Assembly (NCBI GenBank): GCA_048013815.1
Contig: CM106586.1
Coordinates: 19,096,001 to 19,160,000 of the forward strand
Length of the DNA: 64,000 nucleotides
Source of the DNA: Setoptus koraiensis
Lineage: Eukaryota > Animalia > Arthropoda
Reading direction: 5' to 3'
In this document: in pieces, positions 1 through 12,239 of the stretch
Numbering within the stretch: the first letter of the stretch is position 1
Layout: the number at the start of each line of letters is the position of its first letter
The notes under the pieces: model-generated
The model's input: only the letters and a program-made list of their open reading frames with translations
What the model was told of the DNA's origin: nothing
Databases searched by the model: none
Made by a program: the position numbers and the translations under genes

Positions 1-214
1 AAATTAGCGCCAAGTTGCCAGTCAAATCATTAGTCTAATTAAGCGATTTAACAATTAACAATAACTAGCAGCAAGTTGTTGTTGTCGAAGCTCATCGATT
101 GGACTGGCCAGCAGCGAGCACAGGTGATCCAGTGATTTAGTTGAAGTTTGTTATCAGCGTCAATTAGCGCCAATCACAAATTAATTTGCTAATTATTGAC
201 TGATAGTGTCCACA

Positions 215-3200
215 ATGAAGGCGGCCGGCATGAGCAACAATAATCAGCAACGAGTGGAGCGTCGCCAGAGCGCCGCCGCCAAGATGTCGGTGCTGCAATC
301 GTCGCTGGCGCAATCAATGTGTTCAATAGATCTGACCGACTCAAATTGGATACAAGTAAGTTATCATTTAGCTCATCTAGACACTTGTAACGCCGACAAT
401 AAATTGCACTCACTAACCCGCCATTTGTATCGCCAACCAAACAACCGACCCAATGCGACCCACTGCGACCCATTGCAACCCACTGCGACCCACTGCGACC
501 CACTGCAACCCAAACCTAAACCAACCCGCTGGCCAACCAAACACGCTCGCGTTGCACCAGGATCTGCCGTGTTTGCCCGTGCCTGATCTCAAGACAACAT
601 TGGACCGTTATTTGGGCTCCCTCAAGCCGGTCATTAGTGAACAACAATACAATAAAACATTGGACATTGTTAAAGATTTTATGCGCCACCAGGGACCCCA
701 ATTGCAACGCGATCTCAAGGAATACGCAAATAAGTGCCAGAATTGGGTAAGTGCCAGCCACTATTTTATAGTGGCCACAGTTCATTGATATCACTGTCCA
801 TTGATGAACACTGCGGGCCTCTTATCAATGGACTTTATCTCTCACATTCTCTCTAACATTGCGATTGCTGCTGGGGCCAATCTCGTTGTTTGTACATTGT
901 ATGATATTCATGCATCTCGGCATTCGCCAGTGTTTTTCAATGTTTTAGCGACGATACAACGGCCCGCATAAAATGAAACCGACACGATAGGGCCGAAATC
1001 TAATGAAATGTTGAGCACGTGAAATCAAATTAATGTATATGAGGTCACGAAATTAGCATTGGCATTTAATTTATTGTTGTTACAACACATACATTGTTCG
1101 CCCGATAGGTGCCCAATTCAACTATCTCGTGTCGTTGTTGAGTATCGTGTTATTGAGCCAGTCTGGCCCCATTAACTCTTGGCTTTTGTTGTTGATTGTC
1201 GATAGCGACCGACGGACAAGAGAGCAAAGTCCGCCACCAGAGGCCGGTTTTTGGCCCCAAAACGTCGGACGACAGTCGCTGGCTGGCTGGCTGGCTGGCT
1301 GACTGGCTGCAATTAAATGGCACCAATTGAATTGATTTCAGTTCTGGTTTTATTAGTGAATGGCGCCATTCTTAATCAAGTAGCCAATGACCGTTGGTGG
1401 CGCTCGCTAGCTCGCTCGTTAGCGCAAATTCTGGGCCCTAGGTCCCCTAGGTTTCTCAGCACGCAAACAGATTGGCGAGCAAGTGTCGTTTATAATTTAG
1501 TAAACGGTCTAGCGAGAGCCGAGCAAATTAAGATGGCAACTAGCACTACTTTTGATTGCTGCTTTATGTTTATAGCCCTCAGATATAGTCGGGGCCCACT
1601 GGTTTCCAATTATGTCCGCTGCCGCCAGTCTGAGTATGTTGGCCAGTCTGAGTATGTTGGCCAGTCACGGTGGCATTCGGTCGGCATCGCATCCTGGCGC
1701 ATACGTACCCTGGCACGCATTCGCACGGGGCTGTCTCATTGCATTTTACTTTATTTTATTTCAAGTTTTGTTTCCGACGACTTGAGACCATTGAGTTGCC
1801 GCCAATTCACACATGAATACCGATACGGCCGTCGAAGCAAATTGATAGGTACCAGTGGGTGACGTTGGATCGTCCATCATCAATTGGATTGCCACGGGGA
1901 ACGGGGGCCAATTCGAGCACACAGCACACGCGCCCTATGGAGCCCGCATCGTGGCGCCAGCCGAGAGCGGGCCCCATAAAATTCAGATCGGCTCATTGTG
2001 TTTTTATCCCCGCTGTCTGTCCGTGGCTATCGTCAGTTGGCATGGCCAACTGAATGAATTTATCCCCTCACACATATACACACACACACACACAGACGGT
2101 TCGTACAGTGCTGGGCAAACAGACAGATATGGTCAGTGGCTGGCAAAAGCGAGAGCGAGCACGTGATAAACGACCTGAGCAAACACGTGCTGGCCCCGAA
2201 AAGGTGGCCAATAAACTTGTTTATCGAGCCCCATGTTTGTAATGTTGTTGGTGGCGTGCCCAAGCGAGCATCTTCAATTACTGCTAGCAGTTACCAGTGA
2301 GGCGCTAGTTGCCAATGTGTGATGTGCAACCTGATTGAGAGGGGGGGGGGCCCGCCGAAGAGATAAAGCATTGTCAGAGACGAGTGCTCATTTTCGATTG
2401 GGTTTGATGCGCCGGCAGCGGGCAACTCGTCAATCTTCTATCATTGGCCTGTCAAACTGGCCGGCTAAGAGTTGTTGTTCTGCTCTTAAGACAACCAACC
2501 GACACACAAGGTGGATTTGTGCAAAGCTGAGCCGTGTGGTTTGTTCGAGGAGCATCAGCGAAAACAAATTGGTCATAGGTCGCATTCAATTATCCCACAT
2601 TCTGGCCGTCTGACTGGCTCGCCGATTGGCCCCCCTGTGCCTGGCACTGGCCCCAAGAAGCTCGACGGCTGCTCGCGTAAGACTGCAAGGGAAAGGACGA
2701 GCCAATTCAGCCGATGCAGCTGATCTCGGCTCGTGTGGAGGCCCGCTGAACTGCACCAACTGCAAATAAACAACAACTATGATGGGGCCCATATTATTGT
2801 TAGCGAGCGTCGTTGTCACGTCGATGCGTGCGCCTCAGCATGGCCGGCGACAAGACTGAAATAGGCCAGTTTCTAGCACATTTTAGATGTTCGTGTGTCA
2901 CAACCCAACAACAGGATATAAATTAGCTATTTGGAATAGACAGAGACAGACAGAGAGAAAGACACGGCACGTAACTGGACAAATGACTGTACTGGACAAT
3001 GAATTGTCTCGCCGCTGTTGTTGTTGCCGCTGCCAAGGCTGCCTGGTCTCTCTCTTATCATCGGCCCCAGATAACGGCCTCTAGTCTAATTCTCAAACAG
3101 TGCTGATGTAATCATGATGCAACGCATCTGTTCTGTTATGTTCTCTTCTCTCATGTTCTGTCAGTGTCTTTGAGCGCCGGCGAGTAACCAACTTAAACAG

Positions 3201-5672
3201 AGGAACGTGATTTGGTTTTAAATTCTCTTCCTTGCACTGTCTTAGTCGTCACTATTTGGGGCCATGGGGCCCCAATTTCGTGGAACACTTTTAGTGGGAG
3301 TTTCTTTGTGAGCTGCTGTCTCGGCTCTCACTGTTGTTTAAATTGTGCATCCATCCAGTCGGGCCCTCCATCGACTGCCTGCAACAACCAGAATCATCCA
3401 TCAATCATTCAAAGCATTCCCAGGGCTATTTTCTATTACTTTCGTGCCGCTTTTTCTTTATCGATCAGGTTTGCGCCATAGTTTGTTTCGGTCTTACGTG
3501 ACAACCGTTCTCTTGCACAATTGCATTGTCGACCAAAAACGCACACAATTGACCGAAATCAAATGCACCGCCAACCTATGAGTCGCAACCAATTCCACAA
3601 GCGCTGACCTCTCTCGGCACTGACCTCTCTTGGGTCAATACCAATCTGCCAGGGATGCTGGCGAATATCCTCGCAAGCGGGCCTAATTTGAATAACTCGA
3701 GCCCGTATACCGAGCCGATATGCCGAGCCCATATACCGAGCCGATATATCGGTATGTTTCAACGAGCAATACGTTTGGTTGGCCCAATTTGCAATTAGTG
3801 TGCTGTTTCGGAAGCCGAACTGCTTTCCACAAGGCTCAATGCACCACAGTCACTCTACAAGGTGCTAGATATGGTCCTAGATAAATACTAATCTCAACTT
3901 GGGCTCCCAATTTTTGTTTATCCGCCACTGTCGATGAGCATGCGCATCCCAACAAGTTATGACAAATATTGAACCTATATGAGAGCCATCAACTATAGGC
4001 ACTATTAATGGTGCCCCTTATGAAATATGGCCTTGGCCCTATAACAGATAGCGCCCTTGCCATTCTTGTAATTTGTGTTTGAGTATAAATTGGCGCCAAA
4101 TGCTGCGCCAGAAAAAAGCTGACACTATTGGCCCAATAGTATTGGGCCGATGAAGTTGTGCTCTCACCGGGGGTCTTTCTATCGGCATCAATCGAAAAAT
4201 CACAACGACAATGAACTGTCTGATCATCGAGAGATGCAAAGCAGAACCTTATAATAATTAAATAATTGGCCCAGCAAGGCCCAATATGGCTGCCGACCAG
4301 AGATTCTCTGGCGGATGGCATCGCAAACAGATTTTATGAAAAATCAACACAACCCTAGCTCACGTTACTGCTAACTAATACTGATCTTTTTCCCTTCAAT
4401 TAGGCCACTGATTTCTGGTTAGACGACATGTATTTGTCAAATCCGTTGCCGCTGCCAATAAATTCAAATCCGTTATTTCTATTCCCGAGGCAAACATTTG
4501 TAACAAGCGATGATATGCTAATGTTTGCCACAAGGGTGATCCAATTTTCAGTGGATTTCAAAAATCGTATAGATAGGTGAGTGTTACATTGGCTTATTTG
4601 GTCAATTGACAGATCAGACGATGCTGTCAAATCAATGCCGTGTAGATCCGTTGCTATGTGCGACCGACCGCAATTGTTATCCAATGTATAATCTAATATG
4701 AGTCCACAATATGCCAACAAATCAATAGACAGACACTGAGCCAGGACTACGGATCCGGTCATGGAAAAGGCAAACCACTTTGTATGGAGACATATAAGAA
4801 TTTCTTTCATTCCTGCCGCATACCTCACGAAGACAAGGATCGTCTATTGCGTCAGAGTAGACGCTCGAACCATATAGTTGTGGCCAGTTGCAATCAGGTG
4901 AGTAGTCGTAGTGAGTTTTTTAAATGAGGCCCAGTGATTTATGACTCACATAAGCTCACATTTGACAATTGTTTTGTATTGTTTGCAATCAAGTTTTTCA
5001 TTTTGCGCTTGGGCCAAGATCCTTTAGACAATCCGTACAGGAACGACCTGCCGCCCTTGGATGAGACATGCATCTTCGAACAATTATCTCGAATATATCA
5101 TGTTTCGAGGCAACGAGCAGCCAGACATCAGTATTTGGTTGAGAACAACAAAGAAGCAAAACAGCAACAACAAGCTAAAGGTGTCGTCAACATTGGCCTA
5201 TTGACAACAGAGAATCGCAAATTGTGGGCCACACTACATAAGCGCTTATGTAAGGATGAGATCAACCTGAAATCGATAAGTCAAATCGAGGATTGTTTAT
5301 TTGTGATGTGTTTGGATTCTCTAGTGAACAAAGGCAACTGTGAGTCCACCAAAAAGGTCAGCGATGACATTTGTCAAGCATCCAATAACACTGCCACCAC
5401 CACTACAAACAGCAACAACAACAACAACAAAAGCTCGGAGGACGAGGAAAAGATCAAAATGGCCACTACAATCCTCACCGGGGGCGGCTGCAACAAATTC
5501 TCGGCCAACAGATGGTTCGACAAATTCCTTCAGGTAATAGTGGGCCGAGACGGCACTTGTGGCATCAACATTGAACATTCCGCCTCTGAGGGCATAACGG
5601 TGCTCAGATTTTTAGAGGAGTTTCCCGAATATCTCGACAGGTTGCACAACAACGGCTTACAACAACAACAGC

Positions 5673-5724
<52 letters not shown>

Positions 5725-6679
5725 GCAGCAACAGTCGGCAGATGACGAGGCCGTCAAGAGCTTCGATTTTTCTGCCTCATTTGCCAAGTCTAATGCTGAC
5801 ACTAGGATCAGTGGTGGACAGCAGCAACAGCAACAAAGTAAGCTGTCGTCGGTGTCATCAGGTTCGTGGTCGTCGTCGCTGGCCAGTCCCACCAAGTCGC
5901 CGTCGACGCTGATCAACGACGACGACAGTATTATCCCTCTCGAGTGGCGCCTAGATCAGGACATTCTGAATGCTATTGATGCGGCTCAAATACGAATGGA
6001 TAAAATGATTGAAAATTTCGATTTCAAAATATTGAAATTCACCGAGTTTGGCAAGACTTGGATCAAGTCAAAAAATCTCAGTCCCGATGCTTTCATACAA
6101 TTGGCATTACAATTAACCTATTATAAGCTACACAATCAATTGGTGTCGACATATGAGAGCGCCTCATTGCGTCAATTTAGATTGGGTAGAGTGGACAATA
6201 TCAGAGCTAATAGTTGCGAGGTTCTAGATTGGGTCAAATCGATGGTTTTGTGGAAGACACATCCGGCAACAATTAACGAAACTTATGAATTATTTCAAAC
6301 AGCCATCAAACGACAAGTGGAAATACTGAGATACACCATTACGGGTGGCGGACCCGACAATCATTTGTTGGCACTGAGAGAATTAGCGAAGATTCGCTTT
6401 GATCAATTGCCACAATTGTACGAGGATACTTCTTATCAAGAATATCTCAAATTTAAATTGTCCACGTCCCAGCTACCCAGCGAAAGGGGTATAATTGTGG
6501 GATATGGGGCCGTTGTGCCAGACGGTTATGGTTGCTCTTACAATCCGTGCGAGAATTATATTGTCTTTTGTATTGCTTCCTTTTTTGATTGTACTGAGAC
6601 AAGCTCTTCTAAATTTGCTGACAATCTTCATGATAGCCTCAAAGAGATGAACAAGCTACTAATATCGCCAAGGATGTAA
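215..6679 (+). CDS. ChAT: Choline O-acetyltransferase, 5 coding exons (215-355, 561-746, 4404-4576, 4729-4897, 4994-6679; ~784 aa)
   Basis: Exons join in frame through GT-AG introns and give LPCLPVPDL, NW|ATDFWLDDMYL..PLPINSNP, GKPLCM, HIVVASCNQ|FF, NRWFDK, catalytic EHSASEG, TYESASLR and GRVDNIR. VDN is the choline-type signature, versus T(D/E)T in carnitine acyltransferases. The start codon is uncertain and an upstream exon outside the window is possible. Confidence 0.92.
451..510. repeat. 10-bp tandem repeat (cactgcgacc x6) in ChAT intron 1
   Basis: caatgcgacc, cactgcgacc, cattgcaacc, cactgcgacc, cactgcgacc, cactgcaacc read directly. Confidence 0.9.
5660..5734 (+). repeat. (CAA/CAG)25 polyglutamine microsatellite inside the ChAT CDS
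   Basis: 75 nt of caa/cag codons in frame, just downstream of the catalytic His region. Confidence 0.95.
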
Positions 6680-8147
6680 TCATTACGATCAACAAAAATT
6701 CGTCGCTACAGTCAGCTTACTAATTATTATCATCATTTACCGGTTTATAGTATCGTTGTTCCCTTTTCTTTAATATACAACAATCATCATATAAATATAT
6801 TTATATATTGTTTCTATCATCATCATAATGTATCAATATAATTATCGATGGTGGCCAATTCAATGCTCATTGTAAGCGTGGGATGGTCTACCAATTGTCA
6901 AGCAGGAAAGTCTGAAGTGCAGTAGCATGACTTTCTTCTAGTGCCCACTCTCAAGGTTGTGAATTATCTAACAAGTGGCATAAAGGTGGCTATTTGTATA
7001 TTATTATGAATATCTATTATAATTGAATATCGGTAGGTCATACATATCATGCCATTTGATTAGTATAAAACTGTAAAATTTTATCTTAACTGGTATTATA
7101 CTCAATAATATAGTTTAACTACTACTGTTGTTAACTTAACATTAATTATGTAATAATACGTTCTACATTTGTTGCTTTTGTAGATGTGTATATCATTTAA
7201 CTAGCGTCATATTAGTTTGAAATAAAATACATCATATTGTTCACTATTGTCCTCCGTGATGCTGCTAATTTTTTGAAATTCATCCTGCTAGACTCGACCT
7301 CAAGCCGACCTCTTGTTCCCTCAACGGATAAACCGCGTTCGCTAATCATCTCATTATCAATGAGTTCCACATACATGAAAAAAACGTGGGACCACTACTA
7401 TGATAATAATGTCATTTGAACTCTCCTCTTCAGATCCGATTTCAGATTCGAACGATGACTGGTCGAAGATTTTTTACATGGAATTGTGGCCTCATGTTGA
7501 GAGGCTGCCGGTTGACCCGAAGCATTTTTTTTTCAAAGATAACATCAGCAATTAAGAAATACAGTAACCTCAACGTCTTGCTGCTTGACAAATTCCATCA
7601 TGCACGACCACAATATCCGATATGTTGTTTGTTTGAGCAGACAGTGGTAAAAAGTGAAGCAAAACTGTTGGAGGAGCATAAGCAATGATTAGTAGTCAGG
7701 ATAGAGTATTCATTTTGCCGCCTTCCCAAACGAGCAACGGTTGAATATTCAGACGTATCAGGCAGTAGAGACACCCCTGGTCACCTGGTGGATGTAGACC
7801 ACAGATATGCCCGACTATTTGCATTTATCTTCTCTTGTATTACACATTGAGATGTTTGTATTTATCATATTGTAGAACATTCGGAGTTACGAATGGACTT
7901 GGCAAAAAGATAATCAGCAACTTGAATACTGCAGGTTGGAGATCGTAATTATCGTCTCGCGACCAACTTGTTATTGCATATTATCGGAGGGTCTCTGGAT
8001 GAAATTTTCAGTCATTTTCACGCGGATATCGAAAGACATGGCGCGAAGGTAAGCAACATATCTCCAACTGTTATCTCTCTATTTTTGTGTCCAATAGAAC
8101 CTCGTGATTAACGATGTCTTTCAATATCGTGCAAATTTTCTGCTCGA

Positions 8148-8450
8148 ATGCTACATGACGATAATACAGTTGCTGAGCTGACAGTGGAACAAGTCGAACA
8201 GGAAGGAAAAGAGGCCATAGATGGAACTATCGTTCCCAGAATAATAGATGCCCGCGGCGATTACGGGCTTGGCGAGAACGAGAGCAGGGCGGTGATTGAT
8301 CAGTCATCAAGAGATTCGCCACAATTTAACCATTTGGTCACTACATAGGTCAATTGGATCAATGATGAATCAAACGATCAGCGAATCATCGTGAAAAATC
8401 TAGAGCAAGATCTTTATGATGGTCAAGTTTTGGGCAAACTATCTCTGTGA
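8148..8450 (+). pseudogene. Parvin (N-terminal CH1 region) pseudogene fragment
   Basis: Reads EQEGKEAID...LGENESRAVIDQSSRDSPQFNHLVTT*VNWINDESNDQRIIVKNLEQDLYDGQVLGKL, matching the parvin consensus (EEGKNAI...ENEVRTMVDP...LIDWIND...RIIVKDLAEDLYDGQVLQKL). In-frame TAG at 8346-8348; truncated at 8450. Confidence 0.75.
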
Positions 8451-9740
8451 ACCGTAAATAGCTTCTCTTTGTTTCACCGTTACGCATGTAGGGATCCTTC
8501 TTCAGTTCTTCGAGGAAGTCTCGGAATAGAAGAACCTCCCACTCATAAGCTTCGTAATTTGAATTATTGTTATATTGCCATGGTTCGATTGTGTTTTGAG
8601 AGTAGTCGAAGCAAACTGGCATAATTATCTCTTTTTTATCTTGTGCCATTTTTTTTTGGGTTGTATCTGTCTTGATATAATAATAATAATATGTGATGTA
8701 ATAGGTGACGTGTCTAAAACAGGCAAGTGTCTAATAATGAGGTATGTGTTGTCTAATGATTTACGTTCATAGATGAGTTAAGTAATATAGAAGAACAACA
8801 GAATATCAACGAATTTTCGATCAGAAATCGATACACTAGTTCACCTGATCCTCCATCTCAAGACCTAGCAATCATACATAATCTTTGTGAATCGCACAAA
8901 AAAGAACTGGACAATCTAGCAATATCCAAGCCTGGTTTAAAAAAATTGGCCACAACATCAAGCATACTCACACAGCATAAGCAATATTATGTCAATATGA
9001 AGTTACAGTGATTGATCGCAATAGATCACCGAAAAACATAAGAAGGAGGTTTTAGAAAATTTATACGCTCTCTACCATTCGATTATCAGGATGACAAACG
9101 CTCGAACGCACGACTGATTGAACGCGCAATCAATTTCGAATAACGGATTTTCGTTGTATCTCTCCCAATAGCGGATCAAAATTAGACGTGGTTGAAGCGA
9201 CTTGTAAATCGAAAATTGTCAGAACGAAGGAGACATGGCAACAATGTAAAATCAGTCGAGCAAGAATGTGTGAAGATAGAAGTCGATGAATGAGTCTCGG
9301 TCAAGCCAAGAGTTATTATAATTAATTTAACTTTTTACTGAATTGCAAACAAGCAACAACCTTGACTTTCGACTCCACCGAGCATCAACTGTAGGACCAG
9401 CATTTTACTTGTACAGCATTATTATTATTTTGTATCTTAACATCTCTCACCATATATATATTTATATATATATAAGCAAATAAGTACAATAAACCAATTG
9501 CCCTGCAATTTGTGTATATTAGTATATTATTAAATTAACTCATTAGATGTGTCCTGTGTGCTAAACGACCTTATACATAAATATATATACTAACTCGTTA
9601 GGGTAAATCGCAATTAATTGACAATGTAAACAAGTTTTTGCTGATGAAGTTTTGAGTTTGCACAGGCCTTGTGATATTATTACATTGCAAAAACTATGAG
9701 ATGTCATAAAATTCTGCGAATATCTCATCTTGTAAAAACT

Positions 9741-10605
9741 TCGGTTGTTGTAGCGAATAGTGACCCGCCCCGATTTTGATGAAACTTCCGGTACGGGTAC
9801 ATCTTGACCCCAATAGACCGGAAAAGTTAGTCCGGAAGTGCGGAAACTTCCGGTTCCGGTTTAGCATTGAGTTGGAGCTAGAGGTCTGAAACTCACCAGA
9901 CCGATGTTTTCGACCACAGTGAACACGATGGCATGACTTTCAAATCTGTGCAACTTCCGGTTCTCAAGATATAGGTATATTTCTTGGCTTGGAAGAATGG
10001 AAGTGGACGAATTTCAGCTCCGCTGGATTCAGGAGTGAACCTCTGATGAGTTCGAAGACTCGGCCTTCGGCCTCGTATTCTGGAGGCCGTCACAACTCCG
10101 TCGTCGCTCCCGCGACGACTTCGTGCGACGGGAACCCTTCGGGTAGGGTTGATGAGCGCTTCGGGTATCGGGCTTCGCCCTCTACCCTCCGCTCACGTGA
10201 CTGCAATCCACACAGGAATGAAGGTGAAAGAACGAACTGGGGACATGTTTTTGGCACAGAAAAAAGGCTGCGCCAGCTTTTGTGATGAATTGCATGAGCC
10301 TCTGAGCGCACGAATTCATTCAGGCGCGCAGATAGTTCGTCCCGTCAACGCCCTCTCAGCGGTTCTAACCAAATATCTCGTGAACCGGAAGTCGTACAGA
10401 CTTGAAATAGACATAATCGTATTCCGCATGCACAGTTTCAGTTATCTAGTGAGTTTCAAATCTGTATCTCAATGTTTTTGTAAAACCGGAACCGGAAGTT
10501 TCCGCACTTCCGGACCACTCAAACTGTTGTCAGGGGACCCTACGGGCCCCACGTGTGAAGTTTCATCGAAATCTGACTGGGTCGCTATTCGCTACAACAC
10601 CCAAA
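9741..10605. mobile_element. Non-autonomous foldback/MITE-like element with ~230-240 bp imperfect terminal inverted repeats (DINE-1/Helentron-like motifs)
   Basis: About 9741-9975 is the reverse complement of about 10370-10605, e.g. gttgtagcgaatagtgacc/gggtcgctattcgctacaac, gattttgatgaaactt/aagtttcatcgaaatc, tccggaagtgcggaaacttccggttccggttt/aaaccggaaccggaagtttccgcacttccgga. No transposase ORF and no TSD identified. Confidence 0.75.
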
Positions 10606-12239
10606 ACTTTCATTCTCTTTCTCTAATTAGAGTGTAAGCTATGTCTTCTGAAAGCGAAGCCCAGTATAAACTGTGTGAAAGTCTAGCCAATATTAGGCCT
10701 TGCCTGCTGCGTGGAGCATTTTCTTCGACTACTCCATAGATGATGTTAATTGTATCGTGACTTTATGCACTTTTCACGATGCACTCAAACTGTCGTCGGC
10801 TATTGTTCTGCTCAGCCGCCGTGTTGCTGCTGCTCTTCCATTCTTTATTTTTTTGTTGGAGTTGTTGTGGCAGAGAGGAATAGACTATAGGATATAAATA
10901 GACTGACCAACTTTCTTGGCGAAATGAATGTTGCGCTATTCTCGGATTGGGCAAGATGCGAAGACTTACAAGGTAAACCTCCTTTCCGAGTACAACAGAT
11001 TCCAACTAAATAAAGATAGCCTAAATCTTCTCTCCTGATCAAGCTGAGCAAGAAAAGGTATATAAAAACCTCAACTAAAGTATAGTTTTTGGAATAATCG
11101 TAATATTTTTCAGAACTCTATTGTTTTGCTTCTATCTGTCGTAAGAATATAGTATTAGGTGATTCGAGCTGAAATAAATTGTCGAAATTGATCTCTGTAC
11201 TAACATGCAAATGCTCTGCTTGTTTGAAAAGGAGAGAAGCATTTGGAACACGAGCCTGAAATGATTATGAGAGCGATGAGAACATTTGTATTCTCATGAA
11301 TCGAATATTAGCAGCGGAATTCGACACCAAACATCCGTCCAGGCGGCTTTTGGCAAGCTGTTGTCATCGGCAGTTGTATTCGCATTCATGCCAGGTAAAT
11401 AAGGGGAATGATTAGTTTTTTTTTTCATATTTTCGAGCACAAATGACACAACCAGTTGATTTTCATTTCTCACTGGCAACAGCCCGATCGATTGTCAACT
11501 GCTGTAACATGTGATACTATTAATTACGATTTGAGATTAAAAGTGAAAATAAACTGTTCTGAAGTCCAATCAGATGACGCTCGGTTCGATAAATTTAATT
11601 AAAGTTGAGAGAAATGGAGCGCCAAGTTGTCCAACGCGAACACTACCGGAACTAGTATCAACAATAATAAGTTTGGAAAGCATCACCTTCCTTGTTGGTC
11701 ACTGATAATATTGTAGAATAATACTGTAGCGGACATTTGTTGATTGGTATCTGTTTTGATAATTTTATTCATTTCTCATATATGCTCGTGATGTTATGAT
11801 CCATGATAACTGAATAAACATAAAAGATTGAAATCTTAAACAAATCAGATTATTAATAGCAAGTTGTCATTTTTTTTTCTCGCCGACTTATCAATATTAA
11901 CAATAGTCTCGTCTTTTCTCGAAACATTTTTGTGTGTTTTTGTGTGTGTCGATCAAAACAAGTCGTTGTCTTAAAACTGTATGTATCTGGTTAAAATTAA
12001 CAAATTAAAGTGACTTGTGTATCCTTCACAGACGAATCTGATCAGAATCGATTATATCGATTTTCACATCATCACCTTATTTCTCTCTGATTCTCTCCGT
12101 TTCTCTCTGTTTCTTTTTGTTCCTCTTTGTCTCCCTTTCTCTGATTAGATTTAATTGTCGTAACAACTCTCGCTCCTTTAGGAGCTGATTTTGGCCATAA
12201 GTGATAGAAAAAAATCATCATTGATCAAGAGGGATTATT

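Noticed and set aside
356-4403. Vesicular ACh transporter nested in a ChAT intron (cholinergic locus)
   Set aside because: Intron 1 is 205 nt, and intron 2 has no long or multi-TM MFS ORF. VAChT, if linked, would lie upstream of the window.
9030-9250. Degenerate homeobox (KKEVLENLY...TWLKRLVNRK)
   Set aside because: Needs a frameshift and two stops, and the WFxNRR core is not matched.
10042-10075. Hammerhead ribozyme (CTGATGAG-stem) in the foldback element core
   Set aside because: The required GAAA after stem II is absent (GGCC follows; GAAG in the alternative register) and no stems I/III were found.
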